Source: Mytilus trossulus (lineage: Eukaryota). From it: 64,000 nt of DNA. Below the pieces are notes generated by a model that saw only the letters and a program-made list of their open reading frames with translations, had not been told where the DNA came from and did no database searches. The DNA lies in contig NC_086379.1 in assembly GCF_036588685.1 (NCBI RefSeq), positions 62,930,001 to 62,994,000 of the forward strand. The letters run 5' to 3'. A program made the translations under genes and the position numbers. This document shows positions 12,551 through 25,740 of the stretch, piece by piece (the first letter of the stretch is position 1; each line of letters starts with the position of its first letter).

Positions 12551-14464
12551 ATAAAGGCAACAGTAGTAGACCGCTGTTCAAAACTAGTAAATCTATGGAC
12601 AAAAAAAACTAAATTGGGGTAACAAACTAAAACTGAGGGAAACGCATTAAATATAAGAGGAGAACAACGACACAACATTAAAATGAAAAACACACAGAAA
12701 CGGGCTAAGCATTAGACAAAATCGTAAAATCAAGACAGTGAACCATCTATAATCTATCAAATGTTAAATACACAGAGAGAACAGCATAGACCATCAAATA
12801 TTAAATCAAAGAGACACCATCTACCCTAAAAACTGTTAAATCAAGAGAGTGAACGACCTAGTTCATCAAATATTAAATCAAAAGAGTATGCCATCTTGTA
12901 TATCAAGTGTTTATTTCAAGAGAGTGAACAATCTAGTTCATTAAATATTGAATAAAGAGTGTGAATCATCATTAAATGTTAATTTCAAGAGAATAGTCCA
13001 TTTAACTATCAAATATCAAATCAAGAAAATGAAACATTATGTAAAATAATTTAAATTGTATTTTCTTTATTGTTCGATTTTTTATTTCCAGTATTCTTCA
13101 TTGTAACACTCCCTGATTTATGTAAAAAAAAATCATCAAACGGAAAACAAATACTATATACAGCAACAAACGACGAACCAATGATTTAAAGTCCCCAGCT
13201 GCATCGGGCCAGACACAGACAGAACGTGGCGGTGTTAAACACGTTTGCGGGCGCCCAACTTGGAACAGTGGTGTTTCAGCACAACTTAAGAACAAACTAG
13301 ATAAATCAAGTCAAAAGTGCTTGACATAATGGATCGATATAAGGCACAAAACACAAATAGAACAAATTCAGGTCTAAGAGAACTAGCAGTTAATGGACGC
13401 CAGTTTCAAGCCAATAACAACCAAAAATTAAACATGTATCAAAATCAATAAACTTTTCTGTTTTTAAAATGTTATTGCTTGCGGTGTCATTTCGAGTTGA
13501 GTTAACTTTTCTTCAAAGTGTATCAAATGTTTCAAAAATTTACAATCATACATTTCTAGAAGCCTGAAATTTCAATTTAATCCTGAGTGCCATTGATGTA
13601 ATGCATGTCATTTTTTTATAGTCTACCATCTGGTCTTTTGTATTATATATATCGAATTTCTTTATATTAAGAATTTCCATTGAATTTACGCAATACTCTG
13701 TTGAGAAGATTGATTTAGATGTTTCCTGTCACAAAATTGATTTGTCAATCACTATCCTACACTCCAGAGGTCCCATTCGTGTTCTTATGTCTTGACGCAA
13801 AACAAATCGTGTTGTTACCATCTGCATATTGAATTTCCAAATAAGTTACTTGAAAAAAACTAACCGGAATTGTAAAAGATACGACAGGACCAATTTAAGT
13901 ATTGTATCTCCGATCATGAAATATTCTAGTCGTGAAAGGGAGTGTTTCAATGAAGACTGTTCGTAAATAGAACGACATAGGAAATGGAATTTTGTCGCAA
14001 CCAACAAATAATGCATTTTGCAATCAAAGCTATATAATATGAAGGATATTGATGTCAATATTACCAGATAACATATGCAAATAAACCTCTCACAGGAAAA
14101 ATGAGTCTGATCACAGTTGTATAATAATTACAGAAACCACTTTCATTTAAAATCATTTAAAAGTGTGTCATTAGATTGTTATTGTTTCGTGATATACTAA
14201 CACGTATTATATTGTAATGGATGGATAAAAAGAATTTTCACAAACCAAGTGATTACATGTAACCGACTAAACAGGTATTTGTATATGCCAATACGCATTT
14301 ATCGAGGGTTGCGCACTTAGAAACATATCAAAAAAATATTTGTTTAGTTTGTGAATTGATATTGAAACAGACAGTATGTATTCTACTAGGTATTCCCCAC
14401 TTGATTTTTATGCATATGAATCTTTTCAAAGACAAAAGGAAAAAACACACGTAAAATCATTATT

Positions 14465-14885
14465 TTCACGTACAGATATAGTGATGTATTGTCTATGACC
14501 TATATTTCTGCGAATGCTGAAATCACATTGCAGTGAACTTGATATTAACTATACATACTGCCGAACTTTAAAGGCTTGATTCATATCGAAAGGTCGATCT
14601 TCGAATTGATTGCGATGGACGATGTCAACCTATGATCTATTATTTCAATTTTCCTAAAGTAAACTTCTCATTTTAAGTAGTAACATATCCTCTGACTCAT
14701 TGTATGACATTTGTATATCTCAATTGATACGAGACGCATTTGTATCCTTTATCAACAGTGGTATACCAAAACAAAAACTCCCTCAGTAGGTTTATGAGGA
14801 AACGGACTGAAATCTATACTACATAAGTTTAAAGGTAAATATCACCAATTGATAGGTTGATACGATGTGCCTGTGTCTCTTCTCA
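14465..14885 (+). mobile_element. Decayed Penelope-like RT fragment
   Basis: Frameshifted relics FTYRYSDVLS, YFNFPKVNF, SSNI, CISQLIRDA and LKSILHKFKGKYHQLI. Confidence 0.65.
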
Positions 14886-16394
14886 CGAAAATATGGTGTC
14901 TTGTTTTATACAATTTTTAAACAGTGATTGTCTGGTCTGTAAATTTTCCGAATGTGTCATAACTCCTATCACCATATTATTAATGTGTTTTGATTTGACA
15001 AACAGGATACGCTTACGAGTTCATATGACTCCAACACTTTTTAACTTGATTGATATATTGAAAATGGACTGACGAGTTTTTAACATCGGTATACTAAGAT
15101 TACCTCCTATTTAACCCCAATATCATATGTACTCCTGTCAAAAATCAATGTAACCAAGTAATTGCCGTTGCTAGTGTCTGACATATATTTAATTTCTTTT
15201 TATATTAAAAGCTAGATAAAGGCAACAGAAGTATACCGCTGTTTGAAATTCATAAATCGATTGAGAAAAAACAAATTCGGGTTACGAACTAAAACTGAAG
15301 GAAGCGTATCAAATATAAGAGAAATAAGACACAACAGACAACCAACATTACAATGTAACACACACAGAAACGAAAAATAGGGGTGTTATAAATAGTTCGA
15401 TTAATTATCTTCCCTGTGCCTATTAAATCTTAATATAAAGCATAAAGTATAGAATTTGCTGCTTATTGATGAAGGCTGTACAGTGACATTTCTACGTTGG
15501 AGTCTTTATTTTTTTTGAATTGGAATCTTATAAACAATTGTATCATATATAATTACTTTTATGAAGTTAACCATAACATAAAAAAATAACGAGAAACACG
15601 CATGGCTCATTGAATTTCGATACACCAATATATTTGAAGTATGCTTTTTCCCGAATTATAATTTTTTGTGGCTGGCAGTTAATAGGTTCCCCGTAGACTG
15701 TGAGTAATGTTTCGACAATATTATGCTTCTTCAGAATTGAACTTAAACTTTAACCGGAAGTCTTAAAAAGCGTGACACAGTTCTAATAATTCTAAAGGTT
15801 TTCTTCATTTTTAGGGCATTGAAGGTTATCAATCTCTATTAGTTTATCATGTTTGAAGAAATTGCAGACTTGCATAATTGATTTTTGTTTTCAACCTTAT
15901 GCATATTTTTCAATTTAGATCATAGCATATATAAATGAACACAATTAGAGGTAAACGGTTCTCTTTTCGTCGACGTTCAGGCAGTATTTGTAATTGCATT
16001 ATTGAATGTTAAAATTAGATTGATGCAAGAGCTTTTTATGATGAGGATAACTCCTTAAAAGAACATTGATTACCAATTTAGAATATGTTATTCATTTATT
16101 TACAAACCATAAGGGATTACACTTGTTTAATTTGTGATATATTAAATATCAGATTCTATTTGACTGTCAATTAGTTGTGTGAGGGTAGCTTTGCTTTGAT
16201 ATGTATGTGCAGATATTCTCCCGGAGGTTATCATATGCCTGGAAGTAAGCAGCACTTTATGTTGACACGAACTGTTATCGATATGATCATAATAACAAAT
16301 AAATTGATTACTCAAAAAAAAATATTTTGAAATAAGATATGCTTCCCCGGGAAAGGGTGAGCTTAGAATTCGGGTTCTTAATTCTAGTTTCATT

Positions 16395-16508
16395 GGTTCC
16401 TTATTTGGCCTTTTATTTTTTTTAGATTTGAGTGTCACTGATAAGTCTATTGACGAAACGCGCGTCTGGCGATCAAAATTTAATCCTGGTATCTATGATG
16501 TGTTTATT
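16395..16508 (+). mobile_element. Retrozyme fragment with mutated hammerhead (16432-16471)
   Basis: CTGATAA core, then GAC-GAAACGCGCGTCTGGCG. Ends ..CCTGGTATCTATGATG. Confidence 0.7.
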
Positions 16509-17581
16509 GATGCTATCATATCAGCATGATTCATTTGTAATAGTTTTCAACTAAATTATCGTTAACATTATATATTCGTGAAGTACATTTAATGCCTTAA
16601 GATTTTGAAAATGAGTTTAACCGTATTTTAACTTAACGTATTCATAATATCTATTTATTTTTCAAATCGTTGGAGGAGAGGGACAAGATGCAGTCTGTTA
16701 AGAGCAATTTAATCAATGATGAATTTGAAAAGAGTTCGTTAATATTGCAGCAGACTGTTCGTAAAATGTAAATTTCTTTAAAACTGATGAAATATCAAAA
16801 GGCAATCTCATTATACAAAGAATCACGGAGATTATCTTGCGAAGTTGTATTCCTCAATCCAAAACATGAACCGTTTAATTGTTTTGTACGTCGAAGTATC
16901 ATTCCGTGAAATGAAATGCGTGACCTAATTTTTTATACGAAACAACTTGAAAACCAAGTTAATCTATCTATCTAGAGAGTAAAAGCTGATGTTAAAACAG
17001 ATACCTAATATAAGACTGAATTTGGTTAAAAAACAAAACATAACGAATAACACTAACACAGTTTCGGCGCTAACATTAATAAGCTCTTTGAAAGCGCCAT
17101 AATTGCGATCGAGTTATTTTCATTTTCCAGCCACTGCTGTCCAAGAAAATAATTATTTGACAGTTGAAGTCAATTTTAGTTTTTAGTGTATTAAGTTAAA
17201 AAAAATATATTCATATATAAAGAAAAGATTATTTCCCATTGTATTCACTATAATAACTTGCTAGCGATTTAATATTATTTCTTGAAGTATTCAGTATCTT
17301 CTATAAGTATAAGCTCAAAACTATTGAGAAGTATTTCTTATATCGAAGATTAGGATTAAAAGTGTTGACATTTTTTCTGGTAAAAAAATAATTGCTAAAA
17401 CAGGTAGTATAAAGAAAGGTCTGGTATTAATTTTTGACGACTTTAAATCTAATCCTCCTGATTGCAACTGTGCAAATTCCCTATGCATAAGTTATCAGGC
17501 TATGTTACTAAGGGTGACCTTAAAATTGTCAACACTATTCTTTCAAAAAATATATGTTGGCAATAGATTATAAATACCGTG

Positions 17582-17890
17582 AAAAGTAAAATCACAAAAA
17601 TACTGAACTCAGAGGAAAATCTAATCGGAAAGTCCATAATCACATGGCAAAATCAAAATGACAAAACACATCAAAAACGAATGGACAAGAACTGTCATAT
17701 TCCTGACTTGGTACTTGCATTTTCAAATGTAGAAAATGGTGGATTAAACCTTGTTTTATAGAGCTACACTTCTCCCTTTGGTGACAGTCTTGTCATATTC
17801 TGTTATATTTACAATGATGCGTGCACTAAACAGGCATAATGAATACAATAGTCAAAATATGAGTACATCAGTCATCATCGTGTAACAATT
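17582..17890. repeat. Dispersed repeat family E (GTACCAAGTCAGGAATATGACAG..GAATTTTCCTCGGAGTTC)
   Basis: Other copies at ~5680-6188, 6697-6807 plus 7230-7305, 8150-8393, 25238-25367, 29460-29610, 34455-34770 and 44748-44889. Confidence 0.82.
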
Positions 17891-20800
17891 TTAATAGGAA
17901 GAAGCCTCATATCCTATATCAAATAAACTTTTTCAAAACAATTCAGTGCCTTACAATGAAGGAAATTGTGTTTATGAAATTCATATGGAAAACGACAAAT
18001 ATTCGTGTTAAATCTTGAAAATCTATACATTATTTCTAAATAAATGAATTGTGAAATCCTCCAATGCGACATATGAATTACACGATAGGTACCAATAGTG
18101 AATTGAATTAAGAACTGCTATGCCATCCAGGGCACATGTTTCAACTGCCAATTTAGTTCGGGTTCGTGTTGTTAAATTATAGTGGTATAGAGTTTTGTGG
18201 ACTGTTAATTGTTGATTTTTGTTTTTTGGTCGTTGTGTTTTCGGTTTTTCTTCTACTTATGTTTTTATGCCCCTTGACTTTCTCCCTTTTTTAACTTTCA
18301 TTTACGGAAAAACTTCCCTACCTTATAAAAAAACTTAACATTGCCTTAGATAACACAGTCTTTTAGTCCTCTTAGCTCCGAAAAACTTACAGTATGATCT
18401 ACAAATTAAAACGATAAAAAATCATGTTTTTTTAAACTCACAAAGTCAAATATAACATGTTCTTGATAGAATGATTAGGATAGGTCCTATGAAATATCCA
18501 TTTATCATTACAAAAATCATCGATCTATATGTAACAATAGTATCCTACACAATAATCGATTATCTGTTGAATTCAATTAATTCAGTGGAAAATATAAGTA
18601 CATAAAACAACAGGTGCTCTCAAAAAATGTTTTGCTGAAACTGCATAAAATGTAAAATGTGATTTTCATCATGTATCATACAGTTTGGATATGGAAAGAC
18701 GTGTAATTCAATAAGATATCTGTATTTTTATTAAGTTCTTATGTTTCTCTTTCTGATTCTTATATTGATGCAGAAAAGCGAAACGCTTCATTTCTCTTCA
18801 TCATTGGGAAATTTGTCATTTCCATAATCTTTTAATATACGCAGTTGTCACATTTTATATTCTAGTGCAAATGAACCTTTTTTTTACGATCATTATAGAT
18901 ACAAATTTTAAATTTTAACCTACTAAAAACTTTACATGTTTGCTATAAGTATAACTATGATGATTGATGCTTGCTCTACGTCGCATTAGAGTATAAGGCC
19001 ATATATCTCATCAAAAGCTCATTTGAATATTTTACAAAAAAGTGGTGCTGTTTTAAAATGAAAAAAAATATCTGTCCTTTACTTAACTAAAACTTTCGTT
19101 TAAAATGAAATGACTTTACTGTTCCACACTAAGAATGCGTGCTAGGATAGAAAAACTGTTAACACTATTTAGATTCTGGAATATTTTATATTGTTTTTGA
19201 ATGAAACAATTGTATTGCCTATGGTACTGTCAAATTAATCATTCATAGTATTGGAAGGGTCTGCAACAGGTTGTCGGGGTAAATGTTAAGTTGTACATGC
19301 ATTTAATTTTCCATTTTTTTCCGGATTGTTATATATATAACAGCTTAAATCATGGATATATGTTATCTATCCCTACGTATCTATTGCATCAGACGTAATT
19401 GGCTCCGCTTTTATAATTATGTATTTTTTATTGCATCATATTTGATTTGGCTTTTAACCTGCTTTGATTCTAGCGCCACTGATGGGTTTATTTGTCGTAT
19501 CAAACAGGCCCACCAATGTATAAGCCTTGTATCTTTAATTAGTGTTTATAACCATATCAACATCATCTAGTTTGGCTTTCCAGCAGATTTTTGACTTGCT
19601 GATATAAAACCAAAATGTATCTACTGTCCTAGATCAATTAGTATCATTGATGAATACAAGGTAATATAGGTCCTGCAATGATCCGTTGAATTTTGTACGC
19701 CATCACCGAAAAGCAGCGAAAAGTATATAATAGTTCTGCAGAGAGAAAATGCCTCTCTCAAAAGTAGTTCGACTTCTCTTTTTCGTATACTGCAAGGGTG
19801 CTGAAATAGAAAACGATATTTTTTTGTGAGTAATTGGTTTTTGTTGATTCCGGAAATTGAAGGCTCACAATCGACGACAGTAAACGAAGCAAAAACACTT
19901 TACAGACTCTTATTCCATTCCTTACTTTTTCTTGGTTAGTATCAATCGTTCACACAATTACATATTTATCAGAACATACCCAAGGTTAGTTATCATACGA
20001 GCTAGCCATGTTTGAGGTTTAAAATATCTGCAGCGTTTAAGTCCGTGTTATTTATTGTTTTGGTTAATTTACTATCATTTATTTGATGAATGTAAAGAAA
20101 GACCTTCTTAAAAACAACTAACATATCTTTAAAGAAGAGAGCTAGCGATGGGACCATATGTGGAACAGGATCGTTTAACACTTTCAGAGCACCTGAGGTC
20201 ACCCTAAGATATTTGTGTTGCTCAGTTTTTAGTTTTTTTAAAGCTGAGTTTTGTGTACTGGTGTTTGTCAGTTTATCTGTTGATCTTTTTTGTTTAGCCA
20301 TGGAGTTGTCAATTAATGTTTGGCTTATGAGTTTGAAATACCGTTATATAAATTAGAGTTGAGGGACTTTACAATTTGGCGCAGAGCCTATGAGAATGCA
20401 GTGTTTTGAAAAAATTTAAAAGGTGTCTATATTTACCATAAAATTAAAAGTTTAAGTTGCTGTTTATTGTAAATTTAGAACACTGTACATGGTAAGCATT
20501 TTAAATATAATAGTCTTTTCTCTTAACAATGTTATTTTACCTATACACTTTCAGATATCAAAATACTGACATAAGTGTAGAACATATGAATCGCAACAAT
20601 GTATAAAACTTGTACAGCAGTAGTAATAGCATTTTACAATACACTCATCCCAAAGAATTTCCTATAAAAATCAAACTCATGTAGTCTGTATAAAGAAACA
20701 AGAACACTTGTTAAATCTGAAATAAGTAATTTTATTTATTACATGTCCATTTCAATAAATCTTAAGAATTCTAAAGTAAATGAACTTAAAAGAAATAAAA

Positions 20801-21407
20801 GCATGTTGTAAGAAAGTCTTATTGATCATGTAATTTTGATATGTAGAAAATTCCGTTGTATAAAAGAATAATTACATATCAATATTTCATGTTAAACAAC
20901 GATAAATGTCCCGACACGAACGAAATAACAACTTACCAGGAGTCTTATTACATGGTCCATACATTTATACAAAGTACAAAATAATCATTTAATTCTATCA
21001 TTCTAATGGTAAAAGGTCGAACAATGTAACCGAATATGTAGCTACTCATTCGAGTGTTATAGAATATATCTTTCTTCTTTGCACGAACTTCTTACGACTT
21101 AATATTTTGGAAAATTTAAAAAATGAAAAGATGTGAAAAATTAAAAGAAAAACATGCAGACAAAACATGTTACAAATAACTTATTAAAACAAAGACAGAT
21201 ACATGTACTCATTCATAAACAAATTCAATCAACAGAATATTATTATGTAATGCTAATCCCTAGAGTAATCGATACATTTTAACGAGATAAATACCGGTAT
21301 TGAATTTCACGATTGTCTTTTAGTTTAGATTGTGATATTTTTACGGAGTGTGTTTTGAATGGCTGTTGGTAGCTGCATAGAAGGAGATGCTGATTTGTTC
21401 CTTACAT

Positions 21408-21689
21408 CGTAACTACAAACCCCTTCCCTTTCATGAATGTGACCTACCGAATTAGACTATTTACTGGATTTGTTATCACATAAGCAACACGACGGGTGCC
21501 ACATGTGGAGCACCTGAGATCACCCCTAGTTTTTGGTGGGGTTTGTGTTGTTTATTTTTTGTTTTCTATGTTGTGTCATGTGTACTATTGTTTGTCCGTT
21601 TGTCTTTTTCATTTTTAGCCATGGCGTTGTCAGTTTGTTTTAGATTTATGAGTTTGACTGTCCCTTTTGGTATCTTTCGTCCCTCTCTT
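21408..21689 (+). mobile_element. Dispersed repeat family C (3' tail of a Penelope-like element)
   Basis: Near-identical inverted copy at 25491-25740. Diverged copies at ~1984-2112, 18140-18290, 20150-20335, 30165-30362, 31925-32060 and 49890-50110. Confidence 0.8.
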
Positions 21690-24471
21690 CTATCGAACCA
21701 ATTATTCTCGCTCCATTTGGTGTTCATGCTATTTAATAAGTTCATATTTGTTATTTTGATTTGTCTTGGTTATAGATTTATAAAATCAAAGCTTCTATTG
21801 TTTGAGTAAGTCCTATCTTACAATGACTCCGGCTGAATCAATTTTTGAGTAAATCCGATTTCCTCAGTTTTCATTTTACCTTACTATAAAAATTATGAGA
21901 TTTGAACATCGGTGAACTACTGTTACAAATTTACCCAAGCAATCCACTTGGATTTTCTCATTTTGTAGTTAATACGGTTTCATGGATTGATGAGATTAGG
22001 ACGTCGGCAAATATCTATTGATTAAATTTACCCTTTCCATGTTCACAAACTCGCACGTTTTGTATTTCGTGCGATTCCCTCGGTTTTCAGTTTTTGTATT
22101 TTACCTTAATTTGTATCTTTTTAATGGTTGCACTAGTATAAGATTTGAACATAGGTTCACTTCTGTTACACAAACTAACCAAGCCAATCCACCTAAATTT
22201 TCTTATAGTTTAGTTGATGTTGATACAATTTAATCAGGTCATGTTTTTACCTTGATTTATATCTATTTAGTGGATTTATCAGATTTGAAAAAATGAAGAA
22301 CTATTGTAGCCTCTACCATGTCGATGCACCCGGTTTCGCTCTATTTGTGATACGCGATATACCCGCAATTTTTGTATTAGCCTGGGAATATATCGTTTTT
22401 AATTGATTTATGAGGTTTGAACATTAGAAAACTACTGTCGTCACTCACTTAACTGATTGTAAGTAGAGATCATATAAGATTAAGTGAACAATGAAATATC
22501 AATAAAATTAATGAAAACACGTGAAAATAAAAATGAAAATTGGATTCAACAAAAGTATAGATAAAATAATAACATTGGTACTATTAACCATTCAGTGAAT
22601 TAAAATGAATAAACAACTTTTTTGTCAGACCAGCAAACATCCACAGTTACATCAAATGGCATATATATTCAAAGCCAAAGTGTCAAATCAATAGCAGGAA
22701 CGAATATAGCCAAATGAAGGGAACTAGAACTTTTCTGGAAAAACTAGTTTTCATGCACGGAAACAAGCCATATTACATAAATATGTCACATGCTGTAAGG
22801 TTATATAAATTTCAGTTCAGACACATGTTCAGTTCATGGACATTTATCAAAAAAATATTTGTTTTATAGATACCGGTAGCTATTTATCAAATACGAACCA
22901 GAAAATATGTTCATTGAATATATTGAAAATAATTTACATATACTAGTTGTTTGGATAATATTTATATAACTAAACTTTGTAAAAGATAGTATCAAAGTAC
23001 TCTGAGACATTCACATGTTTTCTACAATTTTCAGATTTGTTTTGTATGAGTTACAAAAATCGCATTCTTTCTCATTGACCATTGAACGGCAACGGATTCT
23101 TTGATTTATTGATTGGGAAGAAAGAAAAAAACAATTTACCATCATAAATCGGGGTGATTTTGTTACAGATCCTGCTTCTGATAAGAATCTATGTTTATGA
23201 GTTAAACACAAAAATCATGCTGGAACGGTCGACCTTCATCTAGTACCCGACAAACCATGGTACGATACAAATCTTCTAATATCTATATACAATGTTTATC
23301 ACGCTTGGTCATTTCATGCATTAGACACGAATCTAGCGTAGTAGTAACCAAATAAGGTAAATTCGACTAACTAAATTAAAATTTATCTTTATTTTGAAGG
23401 CCAATATTTTAAATGTCTTTTTTATTGTTTGGTGAAGTAATCGGTAATATAATCAAAAACTTTAAAGATATTATTGTGTAATGGTGTTATGTGATGGTTG
23501 TTTTCGCTGTACTGTCTGTAGACACTTGTTTTAACTTGAGATCATCATAATCTAGTTGGCCGGCCGTCCCCATAGAAAATAAAAGATGATGTAACCTTAA
23601 TAATTAAGAAAGAACAGTGTAGATTTTTCGAGACCCAACCTCTCAAGGTCATAATTTTGCTTTGGATTAGAATTGTATTTTATTGATGGAGTTCATTTTG
23701 TCTCTAAAAAATGCATTCATAACCTGAAAAAATCCATGTTAGTTTTTATTGATTTATGAGAATTAATGTAATTTAGAATAAATGTGTATTTTATATATAA
23801 AAAAAGAAGATTTATTTTAATACATCATCATTAGTTATATCTATAACTGTAAAGTAAGTCAAGTTTATTCATTTTCACCACTCCTCATTCTACATATTTG
23901 TAGAGGTACAGTGATTTATTAGATATATTTTTACACTTTTTTAAAGTTGATAAATTATGTTATTTATAATTAAACTGAGGGTTAACTATCTCAAACATTA
24001 CGATTTGTTTTTATATTTACTTTCGCTTAAGACAGAGTGAATTATCGTATGCACTAAAGAAAATTTACCCCTGATGCACCTTGAATTCGAAAATAAAAAA
24101 CGTACTATAAATCTTTAAAGTAGCAATCTTCAATTATAATTCTGTAAGACTTTAATTTAGGGGTTGTGCTCGAATGATGTCTGTCTTATTGGGTGTTCAT
24201 TTGTAGTTTAAGTCTTAACCCAGTCGGGAATTCTCTTTTGAATTGTTTCACGTGTTTTCTTACTGATGCATACTATAGCTTACTATCTATGGTATGTGTT
24301 TTGTGTATGTTGCAAGTATATAATATTGTTTGCATCCTCGTTGTGTTGGTCTCTAGTGGAATCTGTCTCGTTTGTTAGTCATATCACATATCTTCTTATT
24401 TTAATGTTTAGAAATAAGTATGTCTCATTTGATTTGTCGACCTGCAATCTTTTTGGGTTCATGACAATGTC

Positions 24472-24818
24472 CAAATTTGATGCCAATGCTTGTGGACGTT
24501 TCGTCCACAAGGGTATCACCAGTCCAGAAGTCAGCACATCGGTGTTGACATGAATACTAATTGTATGGTCATTTTTATAAATTTCAAGTTTACAAAACTT
24601 TGAATTTTTCGAAAAACTAAGGATTTTTTTATCCCGGGAATAGATTACCTTAGCCGTATTTGGCACAATGTTTTGGAATTTTGGGTCCTTAATACTCTTC
24701 AACTTTGTACTTGAAAGGCTTCATAACTATTTTAATCAAAGCGTCACTGATAAGTCTTATGTAGACGAAACGCGCGTATGGCGTATTTAATTATAATCCT
24801 GTTACCTTTGATAACTAT
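24472..24818 (+). mobile_element. Retrozyme-like element, about one monomer, mutated hammerhead (24741-24784)
   Basis: Colinear with 10505-10835. Core CTGATAA, GUA triplet. Confidence 0.8.
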
Positions 24819-25490
24819 ATATGACATTTTAATTTATATTTTAGAGATCAACAACATATATCTATTTGTACTACAAGTGTATGCAAAATGGTCAAATAAG
24901 TCAATTATGACCAAACATGCATATATAAGTTTCATTAAACCAGCCTTTTCGTTTTGATAGGTCTGAGGCTTAAGGGAACCCAAGTTAGATAATGATTTAT
25001 ATCTTAGTTCGGAAATCCTGATTCTTTCTGCAAAATTATATTGAATATCAATATGTATATATTCATTGGTCATATTACAAAAACAAATAGGGTATGATTA
25101 TCGGCAGAAAAAAACATTCTGCAAACGGTTGCATCGTAGCTACAACTGACCAAAATAGATTGCATTACTAATGTTAAGATGAACCAATGTGTTCAAGGTG
25201 GAAATACTGAATGTTATTATGTCTATAAAAAAAATATTACAAGTCAGGAATATGACAATTGTTATCCATTCGTTTGGTGTGTTTGAGTTTTTGATTTTGG
25301 CATTTGATTATGTACTTTCAGTTTTGAATTTTCCTCGGAGTTCATTACTTTTGTAATATTACTTTTCTGATGGCGTTGAAATAATCAAAAGGAGGATCTT
25401 TTTGAATAAGGCCGTCACGCATTAGAATATAAACGGTATAAAGAAATGGGAACGGTAAAAAATGAGGTGATAGACGATTTTGAATTAAAT

Positions 25491-25740
25491 AAAAGAGGGA
25501 CGAAAGATTCCAAAGGGACAGTCAAACTCGTAAATCTAAAACATACTGACAACGCCATGGCTAAAAATGAAAAAGACAAACAGAAAAACAATAGTACACA
25601 TGACACAACATAGAAAACTAAAGAATAAACAACACGAACCCCACCAAAAACTAGGGGTGATCTCAGGTGCTCCGGAAGGGTAAGCAGATCCTGCTCCACA
25701 TGCGGAACCCGTCGTGTTGCTTATGTGATTACAAATCCGG
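25491..25740 (-). mobile_element. Dispersed repeat family C copy
   Basis: Reverse complement of 21465-21689. Accounts for ORF-track hits 25415-25699 and 21543-21809. Confidence 0.8.

Larger units (their letters stand above)
9795..13040. repeat. Older degenerate ~37-bp tandem array enclosing the 74-bp satellite
   Basis: Diverged CAAATGTTAAATCAAGAGAGTGAACCATCTAGTTCAT units at 9795-10030, 10220-10305, 10920-11160 and 12725-13040. Confidence 0.8.

Noticed and set aside
19700-19800. Minus-strand KKRSRTTF after a good acceptor, resembling a homeodomain N-terminal arm
   Set aside because: The frame stops about 18 codons later, and no helix 1 or WFQN motif is present.
20930-23300. Faint minus-strand Ig/FN3-like relics (VCRVLDEGRP, YSVTLFDLLP)
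   Set aside because: Too short and stop-ridden to separate from chance without a profile search.
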